The translations under genes and the position numbers were made by a program. Shown in pieces: positions 1 to 11,976 of a stretch of 64,000 nt of DNA. A model generated the notes under the pieces. That model searched no databases. It was not told the DNA's origin and worked only from the letters and a program-made list of their open reading frames with translations. The DNA is from Dimorphilus gyrociliatus (taxonomy: Eukaryota > Animalia > Annelida), in NCBI GenBank assembly GCA_904063045.1, contig CAJFCJ010000009.1, positions 2,622,631-2,686,630 of the forward strand, given 5' to 3'. Numbering within the stretch: position 1 is the stretch's first letter; every line of letters begins with the position of its first letter.

Positions 1-11
1 GTATGTTTTAT

Positions 12-1379
12 TTAACATTTACGAAATCGTCTTTTATATAAATAAGCAAATAAACAAACAACTAGTACAAGAATAAAATATGTCATGTTTACAGGAGTTT
101 TGTCAACAACTATATTTTTCCTTTTTAAATCTGCAGATACGTAAACTTTTCTATTTACTTTTCCTTTACTGATAGTAAAACTGTCGATCTTCGATAAATC
201 TTTTAAAGATATTTGTTCATAACTCAATTCATCTTCTGATATTTCGAGGACTCCATAGGAATCAGTGTCAGGTCCAGACATAGAAAAGGCGGACCAACTT
301 GATTTTTCGGTTATTACATCACTGATGACATCATTACCTGTTGATCCTGTAATGACGTGAACGGGCGCTTTAGGATTTTGGTAATTCAATTGTGTAGGTT
401 TGCCTTTAATTATGGGCCAGGATCTTTCGTATGCATGAATATGACCTGAAATAACTAGATCAACGTGATATTTGATGAACACATCCTCCAGAGTATTTCT
501 TAAATCAGAATTTTCTTCCTTGCAGTCGTCATTCCAATCATGTTGAGAACAATAGAGAGGTTGATGGGTCAATACTATCTTCCATTTAAATGATTTTCTT
601 GAAAGTATCTGTTCCAACCAATCAATACGATCAATAACAGGGTTCATGAATTGTTCAGAATTTAGACCTATAATCATTATTCCATCTTCGATATCTTTAT
701 ACCAGCTTAGTTCATCCAAAGACATTGGAAAGCTTAAGCCTGGATTGGCGAATTTATATGAATAATGAGTGTACTTTCCATCAACTCCTCTTTCATGATC
801 GCCTGGTATAGTTAAATAAGGAACTTTTGAAGCTAAATCTTCAATTAATTTTAAAAAGTCATTTCCATTTTTGCCGTTATTCGAATCAAGATTGTAAGAA
901 ATATCTCCTAAATGAAATACTGCGTCATAGTTTGTTCCAACCTTGACTATTTTTTCTATATACTTCGATCTACTACTTAAATCTCCGAATATCATAAAAG
1001 ATGGTACATTTTCAAGGCTATCCGCTTTAAAAGTAGATTTAAAGCTTACTTTGGCAGTTTTAGTTTTACAAGCAATATTATAAGAAATTTTAGCTACTGC
1101 TTTCTTGCCTCTAACTTTAATTTTTGCCCTATACCAGTACTCCTTGTTCTTTCCATCTTTAGAAGTCAAAATTTTATTCTTTGCCAAAACGATGTTTTGT
1201 TGTCTTTCATATTCTCCATTAAAAAATAATTGACAAGGAACTTTTTCATTCATTTTCCAAGTTATAATAAAACTCGATTTTAAAGCTCCCCACGAAACAT
1301 GAACCAAAGATGGAAAAACATCTTTATCCGCTTTTGAAGCATATAATATCTGAAGTAAGAGGATAATAAATAAATACAT
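12..1379 (-). CDS. ACP7: ACP7/PAPL-like purple acid phosphatase (metallophosphoesterase), intronless, with signal peptide and C-terminal TM anchor
   Basis: 455-aa ORF. Contains an N-terminal hydrophobic signal and the motifs FGDLS, GDISY, PGDHE, VLTHQPLYCS, SGHIHAYER and PVHVITGS, which match the ACP7 order. It ends in a hydrophobic helix followed by KRRFRK. Confidence 0.8.
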   Translation of the reverse strand: MYLFIILLLQILYASKADKDVFPSLVHVSWGALKSSFIITWKMNEKVPCQLFFNGEYERQQNIVLAKNKILTSKDGKNKEYWYRAKIKVRGKKAVAKISYNIACKTKTAKVSFKSTFKADSLENVPSFMIFGDLSSRSKYIEKIVKVGTNYDAVFHLGDISYNLDSNNGKNGNDFLKLIEDLASKVPYLTIPGDHERGVDGKYTHYSYKFANPGLSFPMSLDELSWYKDIEDGIMIIGLNSEQFMNPVIDRIDWLEQILSRKSFKWKIVLTHQPLYCSQHDWNDDCKEENSDLRNTLEDVFIKYHVDLVISGHIHAYERSWPIIKGKPTQLNYQNPKAPVHVITGSTGNDVISDVITEKSSWSAFSMSGPDTDSYGVLEISEDELSYEQISLKDLSKIDSFTISKGKVNRKVYVSADLKRKNIVVDKTPVNMTYFILVLVVCLFAYLYKRRFRKC

Positions 1380-1954
1380 ATTAGCAATACTTTAACTTTC
1401 TTTTCAATAGAAAATATCTATTCAGTCCAACAAGTATGAAGTTGATATGCTTTATTGTTCAAGATGTAAACTGTTCACATATAGTACGCGCTCAATGTAC
1501 TTTGCTTGAATAATTAAAAGAAATCACTTAACAAACTTCACGCTGAACGATCAATGTTTTTTTAAAATAAAAAGGAAAATACTAAGAGTATCCTATTGCG
1601 AAATTGCCTTCTTTTTGAATAATAGATTATTTTTTATTAAAAAAAAAAATAAGGTTATTTTTAAAGAAGAAAAAAACTAGATGGCATTGCTATGATATTG
1701 TATAAATTTATATGTATATATATATACTGCAAATATATATATATATATATGTATATTGTAAAAATTGATCAATAAAGATGTATTAATTATAGTCAAAATT
1801 AAATAAAAAACGTTTTAAGATCGTCGGCAATAGTTGCAAAATTTTTCCTATAGAAAGAAAAATACTTAAGCTAGAATATAATTAATATATCTAATATAAG
1901 AAAATGGAATAGTTATATATATATATATAAAAAAAAAGCACTCGTTTGAATAAA

Positions 1955-4900
1955 TTAATCATTTAGACGTAGGCCCATATTTTCCATGTAGAATTCGGCG
2001 CCTTCGTACAATAACTTATATTGTTCCTGTTGAAAGAAGAAGAAAAAATTGAAATAATATCGAATATATTAGTTTATATTGTACTTACAATGTTTGTGAC
2101 AAATTGTGGTCTATTAGCTCTAACAGAGTTAACTATGTTGAACACGTCTAACTGCTTTTGCTCTTTTACTTTGTCAAGGATATGTGTTAAGGTTGTAAAA
2201 AATCCACTTCTCTCATTTCCATCCTCGCAGTGAACTAACACTGGAGATTGATCTTTAGCTTTATGATTTTCCATTACTTGGTACAAATGCAAAATTGATT
2301 TTACATCTCCTGGTGTAGACGTACCCTGTTCCCATTGGTCACCTGGGAGTTGAATATGACTTACAACATTATCTTTACCAGTTTCAACATTTTTGATATT
2401 CATCTTTCTAATTGGTACACCGTGAATTTGCTTCGTTTCTATATGAGAAACAGTAAAAGGATGAAAAGATATTGTCTCCTTATCTTGCGGCCAATACGGA
2501 ACGTATAAGCTAGCTGGATTAAGCATGACACAAACTTTAACTTCATGCTGAGATATCATTCTAAAAAATGACGCAATAGTAACTGGGGTGGGAATTTGGG
2601 TAACAATCATTTCTTTAGAATTGTGTTGACCAGGCACAAATACAGCATTGATGTAATCAGACACAGGATTGTCGCCAAGAGGTACTCGATGCTCTTGTAA
2701 GGGAAGTATATCTAAATTTCTATTTTTACTTCTATTTTCAAGCTTAGTTGCAGGGAAATACGAATCAATAATTGGCTTTCTTCTCATCTTTTCCAACTTT
2801 GCCCATTCGTCTTCTTCGCGATTGCCTGTATTAGGTTTTAAGCAAGACGGCTGTACTGGAGGGGGAGTTGGGATAGATTCTGATTCCTTTCTTGGAGGTA
2901 TAACAGGAGGTTCAGACCGCGGTGTTGCCTCAGTTGGTTCCGGTTCTGGTTCAAAAGGACCACTATTTTTTCTTTTTGCCTGCTCCTTCATATCTCTCAC
3001 ATACTTTGGATCCCAGTCTGGACCAAAATAACAATGCGAAACAGTTGAAATAGCATCTGCCGGAATAGTCCTTGGAGTATTCACTGGTAAAGCTTCCTTT
3101 TTTGGGTTTATTAGTCTTCCTTTATCCCTTGATGCTCTTCTATTAAAAAAAAAGAGCGTATAAAATTAAACAAAGTACTTCTTTTTAAGTTACCTCTTCT
3201 TTCGAATATGATAAACACAACAGCCAACAATAATAATTAACAGAATGGCTGCAAGTATACCTCCTGCAATTCCACCATAGATTTTCCAATCATCATTTGA
3301 TGATGAAGCATCTAGAAACAAAATAAGTATAAATTTACAATTGAGTTAAATAACGGAATTCTTACCGGTATCTTCTACGCTGCATGATATAAGTTTCCAT
3401 CCGTCTTCACACGCCAAAAGTGGACAAGCTCCAGATGTAGTTTCACAAGGTTTATTATCCTTGCAATGGCATTGTTTTATACATTTGTGACCAAAATAAC
3501 CATGTGGACAAGGTATAGAACAATTTAGACCTGAATAGCCATCTTCGCATCCATTAACACAGTTACCAGTTGCTTTATTACAAGCTATACCACTTTTACA
3601 ATGGCATACTCCAGCACAGTAAGGACCAAAACTTCCATTTTCACATTCTTCCGAACAAGTATGTGGATTCAATTTTTTGTATCCCAATTTACACTCATTA
3701 GGACATATACCTGTATCGGTGGGACATTTGTCAGGTTTTTCACAATGGCATATCTTTTTACATCCTGAACCAAATTCATTTAGATTTTGATCACATCGTA
3801 TAGAACAATTAGAACCACCAAATCCGCGTGCACATTCTGGACAACCTCCTGTTGCCTTTTCACAAACATTCTGTGTAAGACAATTACATGTTCCTACACA
3901 ACCTAATCCAAACTTTCCATCGTCACACGGAGTGTTGCAGTTGGCTCCTTTAAAACCTGGGAAACATGGTCCTGAACAAGTACAATCAATATGATTGCAG
4001 GCTTGGTTGGAACATTTGTTACAAACAGTCAAACAATCTTGTCCACATGTATTCACATCGCATTTCTTATCGCAGCGTTTATCGTCTCCTCTGTATCCGG
4101 GAGCACATTTTCCATTTTTTGGACATTCACCTATAACATTCATTATATTAGTTTATACGCTCTTGTATTGTATTCAGTACTAGAAATTCTGAATTGAAAT
4201 TACCTGTAGTCGAAACACAAGTCGCTCCATTTTGACAGTGACATTCACCACCGCAGTTTTCACCATATTCATTTCCATTACAAGGTACTGAGCATGAGTG
4301 CGATTTCCATCCCGGGTCACATCCAGCAGGACAGGTTCCGTTAATCTTATTACAATCTACACCGCCTTTGCAATGACAATCCGTAGCACAATTAACACCA
4401 AATTTTCCCACTCCACAAGCTGTTTTCAATGAAAAGTCATAATTTGATTATTAGAATATACTCTTCAAATGCATAATTTCACATTCAATGTATTTTATTA
4501 CCATTTTCACATGTAGGCGGCTGTTCATATCCAACGGCACAACCATTTACGTCGCATACTCCGTTTTCTTTATTGCAAGGAGGGTTTTTACAAAAGCACG
4601 ATTTTAAACAAAGATCTCCAAATTTACCATCAGCACATTCTATTAATGATTAAACAGCTCTTAAACATTTTCTACTTCTCCAATTTTATTTACCTTTGTC
4701 ACATCTGATCTCTAAATATCCTGGCTTACAACCATTTGGACAGTTGCCTGTTTCCGGGTTACAGATATCAGTATTTGCGCATTGTCCACACTGTTCTGTA
4801 CAACCAGACCCCCATCTTCCGGCAGGGCAAGCTGTAAAATATAATTTTACAATTTATATATATCGCAATATTGAATTAATTGAATCTTTAGAGTAATTAA

Positions 4901-5881
4901 TTTACGTGTTTGGCAATCAGCAGATTGGAATCCTGGTAAACAACCACCAATACAAAATCCCGTGATGCTATTACAAGCTCCATTTCCGTCTTTACATTTA
5001 CATATTCCCTTACAATCTTGACCAAATTCACCCTTTCCGATCGTCTCACATGCTATTAAATTATTAACAAGTTCATCATTTATTACGCGAAATCTTTATA
5101 TTATATCAACGTACGTGTTGAACAAGTTGCTCCCTTATATCCAGCTGCACATTCATCATTTGGACATTTTCCTATAGCTTTGTCACAAGATGCTCCTCCT
5201 CTGCAGAAACACTTTTTCGTGCAGTCAGGTCCCCATTCATCAGCAGCACATGCTGTTTTTATAGTTTAAAATAGGTTTTGCTTTCGATTTTCTGATAAAT
5301 GATATGATTACAACTCACGAGTTTGACAATTGTCTAAGGGGTTAGTCGGAAGCGTTTTCCATCCTGGCTCACAATTTGGTGGTGTACATCTACCAATAAA
5401 AGGGTTGCAATTGCTTGAAGCATGACAGTGACAAAATTTCGAACAATCAAATCCAAATCTTCCTTTGTATGGATCAACACTACAGCTAATCGAACAAGTT
5501 GGACCAGCAAAACCTTCGGCACATTCATTGTTAAGGCATACTCCTGTACCTGTATCGCATGGCTTTTTGTCACGGCAATAGCAAAATTTTTCACAAAATG
5601 GTATATCGTATAATCCGCTTTTACAGTCTGTTTCAAAGTATATTTGTATTAGGAAAAAAAGAGTACATAAATAAGATTGACGAAATCTTACCGTCACATT
5701 GATTATTAGTGCCAGCTTTGCAAATTCCATTTAAGCACTTATCACAGTTTTGGCTTTGAACATCTATGAGAAAATGTTGATAAGTAAAGAAATATGAATA
5801 AATTAGTATAGTATTTAATGTAAACTACTCACTATAAATCGTAAAACAAAAGAAAAGTGTAGTTATAAGTATCGAATTCAT
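1955..5881 (-). CDS. Multi-exon MEGF/Draper-like EGF-repeat receptor with a single D2-type (likely inactive) PTP domain
   Basis: Exon 1 (5881-5833) encodes signal MNSILITTLFFCFTIY. Phase-1 Cys-rich EGF exons run from about 5760 to 3366. The TM exon is 3311-3194 (GGIAGGILAAILLIIIVGCVY). The PTP exon 3139-2089 has KNRNLDILP, DYINAV, HCEDGNERSG and VRANRPQFV. The last exon 2026-1955 reads EQYKLLYEGAEFYMENMGLRLND*. All junctions are GT-AG and in frame. Confidence 0.88.
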
Positions 5882-8800
5882 TTTAGTCATGTCAGTCGCG
5901 CCCTGCCTTTAAGGCCGAACCCTTTATTATTAAAATGATATTAAAGGTTTCGTATAAAGAATTACTACGGAGCAATATTAAGCTAATATTTTTTTTTAAA
6001 ATTCTTTCTCTTTCCAATTGTATAGTTTTTTGATTTCTGAATTAATTTTCTAGTTTTTCCTCTTTTGAAGTTCTGCTAATGGGAATTGATACTTTAAGTT
6101 AAGATTCATAAAATAATAAAATACATTTATTACCGTTTCATAGTTCTCGTACTTTGGGCGTGTAGGGCGGGGATTCGTGATAGAATAAGGCCTATTTCAC
6201 CGAATATGAAGAATATAAATATTCGAAATTCCATTTCGATTAATTTTTCTTTAATACTTTCTTATTGGAAGGTCAATAAACTAAAGGAAGATTTTTTCTC
6301 TCTACAGTCGTACGGAACCGTAAGGATAATCGAACAAAATTGCAAAATGGTTGTTTTTCATGTAAAATAACATTACTATGTTCACTTTGCAAAAATGTTC
6401 GATGTTTCTCGCGGCACATATTGTTCACGTTTGAGATAAAGTTTTCTGTGATTGTGTTTTGTCTTGGATGCTATTTATCTTATCGATTTTTAGAGAAAAA
6501 AATGATTTCTGTTTTGATAAAAAGAAAAATATAACAATATAAAAAAAACCGTTTATCAGATACTAACTTCTATGAAACATTACCTATTGGGCTCTTTTCT
6601 TATCAGCCTGATAATAAAAATCTATTAAACATCAATATATAAACTATACCATTTTATATTCTTAATATATTTATAGTTATTGTGTTCTTCATTATTACTT
6701 TTTGGTGTTACGTAATGACAATATGATATTTTGAATTTTTTAACGGCTCATTTGTCGAAAATTATTTCCGGTAAGAAATAGGTCAAATACCAATAACAAA
6801 GGTTATTCCCCCATTAATAATTTCCTAGTGCATAGCGTATTTTCGAATGGCTATACTAAACAGACTATAGCGATGTTTGTAAGATATTCTAATAGTATAG
6901 TGCTAATTCTACAACAATATAAAATACTTTATTTTAATATTGTTAAAATAAAAGGTTGTACAATAACAAGAAAATAATCTTTTAATACTTTTTAAAAGAC
7001 ATCTTATTAATTAAATTCAATTAAATATTCTAAAGTATAAAAAACAAAAATGTTCTTTTTACATAGTACAATAGTAATAGAACATTACACAACGTTTTAT
7101 GTATAAATGTTTGGAAATATGACCTAAATATGCCGACATATTGTCGATTGAATAAATGTTCTATAATGTTTTATACGACATTCCACATAGATTTATATAA
7201 TATTCTTTTACTAAATAAAAAGAAATAACTAATAAAACTAATTAAATAAAGTTAAATAAATACATTTTCTTTTTTTGTTGCGTTCCCATTTTTCGTTTAT
7301 TAATAAAACATTAATTTTTGTTTTTACAAGAAAAAAAAAACTTAATTACACAAAGTTGAAAAAAAATTATATACAATAATTGTTAAATTTCCATATATTG
7401 AGTATTAATATACTCAATATTGTACCTGCATCATTGCTTTGTTGTTTTTAATATAGTTTCTTAAGACAAACGAATTTAGCAATAAATCAATTCTAAAAAT
7501 GATGGAATCATTGCAGAAAAGGATACAAATATATATATAAACTTTACAGAATATTCTTAAATTAGTACATTGTTACATAATTATGAATTATCATGGATAA
7601 CTTTATAAAACAATTAACTTCTGGACCAATTATTTGCAGTATAGGATAACAAAATTTATACTATATCTTCTTTATTATATAATAAATATCTAAAGAAACA
7701 CTTTCGTAGTCCAACTCTATTCATTTATTAATCCAAATATTGTTAATATTTTCATTATTAGAACTTAGCGAAGGTACAAGAAGAGATCTTCTTCATCTCG
7801 GAAATTGACACAGTCCTCGTTTAATGTATCTACGAGCTAATTCGGTCTTTCGATCATTTTTTTTTAGTTGTTAAAATGTCTATTTCTCTTAAGACGTCAT
7901 TAAAAGTGGATAAGATAAGCTGGTTAGATCTCCATATTGGACTGTGTAACCAAAAATCGAGAATCGTTTATTTATATAGCCGTTAAGAAACAAATAAAAA
8001 GGCTTAAAGAATATAATTTGATATATTTAATAAATTAAAAGAAACAAAAAAACCCGGTTTAATCTAGTTAACAATAAGTTTTTGAAAAATGAACTTTGAA
8101 CCTAAACAGTTATTGAAATATTAAACCCTCCACTGTTGTTTACTTATTAGTTCTATTACGTTGTTGTCATGTTAACATTTTATTCTATAGTGGATAATAA
8201 ATATTTAAATAGTTCTCAAAAGAAACCGATAAGATAAGAACAGGGATTGGATGGTTAAGAAACTTGTTGAAAATCTTAAAAATAACGCCATCTGTAAGAG
8301 AGTAGATGAACACTATGTAATAAGTTGACAATGTTGACAGCAATTATCTGGAATAAAGTTTAACAAATGAAATACACTATATATTTATTTATATTGTAAA
8401 ACTATACTAATTTATTCATTTTCTTTAACCTATAAAAATTTTCTCATAGATATTCAAAGATGTTTTTTGTGTTGTAACTGCGGTATTTCTCCTTACGAAG
8501 GAAAATTTGTTGAATAGATGAAGTTCGAGAGGATGCTAGGCAAAAATGGAGAAGAACGCTTCCAACTAACTTTTGAGTTGTAAAAACAAGACGTTGATAA
8601 GAGAAATTCGTTTAAAAAATTTGCTAGTTTAATGCCATTGTAAAGACGAAAAAGCCTATAGTACTATAACGTGGAACATGTCCTTCAAAATTACATGAAG
8701 AAGGTTAAATAAGAAATATATATTCGATTATAACGACAATATGTCTGTTTCATTTAGTAGTTACGTCAATTTTTTATGACCCCTGTTAGATTATGTATTA

Positions 8801-11800
8801 GATAGCAACTGAATCTGTATAGTATCTATATAAAATTTCACAAAAAGATGTTGCTATTTATGAATGTGCAGATATATATATAGAAGACAAATTTCTTCAG
8901 CACGTTGATTTTTGAAATTGCGTTTGTAATTGTTATTGAAAGGAGGGGAATGCCTAGTAGTAGTCGTAGTGTAATAGGTCTAATTTGCTAAGTTGATTTA
9001 TATGAATATTCTTGAATTTGTAAGTGATAAATGTTTAAAGTATCTTAGTTTTACTTGTTTTCTGTCATTAAACTATCAATGATATATTAATTGAATATTG
9101 ACAGTTTCTATTCAAGGAATAGCCACGTTAGTTGATATAGGATACTTACCATATACGTACAAAGAGTGATTACTAATATATTGAAATTTATTCAACAGAT
9201 AATGAATACTCTAAACCTTCCATCTTTCACTTCAAACAAACATTTATTCTATTTAGTTCGTTTACCGACAGATGTCTCTTTACTTTTTTCAGTGTTTTAA
9301 ACTTGTAAAAACAAATACTGGATTTGAAAAAAAAGATGGAGTTTAATAGTTTCTATAAAATTATTAAAAATCAAAGAAAAACAACTGATAAATGTATATT
9401 ATTTATTAAAGAATAATTACAGAATAAAGGTATTTATAGTAGAAAGAAAAAAAATGACTTCAAATGTATATACGGTCAAAGTTTAATAATAGAAATATAG
9501 AAACATTAATGATGATAATTTGTAGGAAAGGTAAAAGATAGTTAAAAAAACATAAATGAAAACCTCTATATACTTTTTATATTTTCATCTATAAATAATT
9601 ATTTGAATGAAAGATAAAGCTACTCTTCTTATTTTGCTTTAAAAATGAGAATTTTAATATAGATTTGGTACTGAATTCTTATTTTATAGATTTAATTAGT
9701 ATATTTATTATATAGACTGTTGATGAGTTTTCATTAGTGAACAGAGAAGAAATCTTTCATTCAAGAATAATCAAGGAAGCACCATTTCAAAACTTTACCT
9801 TAATTGATAAGATACATCATAAAAATATGATAACATTCTACGAAAAGTACAGCTTAAGATGACATGGAGTGCTTTTATCAAATACTTACCTACGGCAATA
9901 AGCTGTAATTATTCTATATATAACATATCTATAAATTATTTCTCCGGATATTTTTATATACTATAAATAAAGAATATGGTTCTGAAATGATGCATTATGA
10001 TATTCTTATTAATTAAATATGATAACAACTAACTTAATGAAGAAATAATAATAGACTTACGGAGAAGGACGGAAATGAAAAGGGAGATAAAAATTTTTCT
10101 AATGAACTCGAATTAGACAAGGAGAGGAAACAGTTTGAAAGATATTAATTATATAGAAAGAATTGTGTAAATCCTCCAAGTAGATTAAACTTATGTAAAA
10201 GTTACTTCTCTTCCCCCTCTCTTTCTCTCTCTATCTCTCTCACACTTTCTGTCATTCCTAACGTATCAATCCAACAAGACAAAAATAACATTACTTAAAA
10301 AAGTCTAAAGCTCACTTAGGGCTAAATAACGAATTATGACGTACTTTCAGTTTGCCCATATATCTCTGCGTGTATATATATATTTGTATTTCTTTCTAAA
10401 ACATTATCATCATTCATTCATTCATTTATTCCATCGAAAACTCTTCATTTTTTGAAAATACCTCAAGTCAGGGACTTTGAGGAGTTTATCTCCAAATTGA
10501 TAAGAAGTATATGCTGTGTATAATATATCTCTTTAAAAGGAAAAGAACATAGCTGTAATATCTTAAAGTGTTTCTTAATAATCTACATATTTAGAAGAGA
10601 GGCAGGAGAGGCTCTTTTTTTATTATTCATTTATAAATTTATACACATTCTATTTATTCCTTAAACTATCCGCATTCGTCTAATGCCTCGTTTTTGTTAC
10701 TAAAAAAACATTGCATTAATGAGAGATTAAAATAGACTTTTCACATTAAATGGAAGGCGTCGCTTATATGAAAAAGTTAATAGCCTGAAATGAGAACAAT
10801 ACAGTATAAATAGGCTTAGAAACCTATGACGCCTTAAGAAAATAAGAAAATTTTCTTCGTAATCAAATTATTGGATAATAGCCACTAATTTATGTTTTAT
10901 GAACATATAATTTATGTAATAGAAGTACATCCGAATCTTATAAATAGCTTAGGTAGTAAATTTCAAAGGAGATAAAAGATTGTAAAGGAAAGAAACGTAA
11001 TTGAACAGACCAATTAAAAGGCAAAGAAGAAACTTCAAGCACTATTAATAGACTAATTTCTATCTTATATGTCTTAAAAACATAGACGCTATGTCCTCTA
11101 TATTTTTTACAAACAAGACAAATAAGGCAAAAAGTATTCTACTACAAAACGTCTATAAGTTTAAATACTCAATTAAAAATAGGTAAGAGCGTTTACAAAC
11201 AATAAACAAACAAGCAGATCTAACACAAATAAATAAGTACATAAACAGAAGAATTATAAATATAACACTTTATTCCATAGTTTCTTCCCTAATTCTTCCA
11301 ACAAATAGAACATTCTAATGTATACATTTGGATATTAAAGATTTCTCTTTTATGTTTCCGCAACACTTAAACATTTAGATATTATTTATAGAAGGAAAAA
11401 CTTTAGGTAGACTTTTTTTCTATTCTCCTTAATAACTTTCTTTTAAATACACTTTTCAATAGTCCTATGTACTTAAAAATAATAATAAAAAGTAACGCTT
11501 TTACCGATCAAATGAATTCAACTATTCGCCTATTTTCTTCTATGTCTTTTATTATTTATTGTTTAATGTTTTTTTTTTTCAGAAAAACAAAAAATGTATG
11601 TTTATTAATAGAATGCAAAAAAAAAACAAAGTTAAAAGGATATAATAGTAGATGAAGGTTATAAAAAAAGAGAGGGCGACTGTGGGTGGGATGAGGGGGA
11701 GGAAGTTGAAAAATATGTTTGTGAGAGAATGAAAAGTTAAAAGAAAGATAGCAATATGGCAAGAGTATTGAAAATTGTCTTTAACTTTACTTTTAAGATA

Positions 11801-11976
11801 ATAAATGTTGAGTAATTAACCCATAAACTACTAACAAGTATAGCAAATAGCGAAAAAGTTCGCCTTGTTTTGTCTTAAAGATATGTTATTTTTTACATAA
11901 ACAATTCAATAGAACAGTCATTTTATTAGAATTCGCTACAAATTGTGTTAATTTTTGTTGTGTAAATATAATTTTC

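Noticed and set aside
12-1379. Horizontal transfer or contamination origin of the intronless, very AT-rich phosphatase
   Set aside because: Several clearly native genes here are also intronless and the motifs follow animal ACP7. It cannot be supported without a phylogeny.
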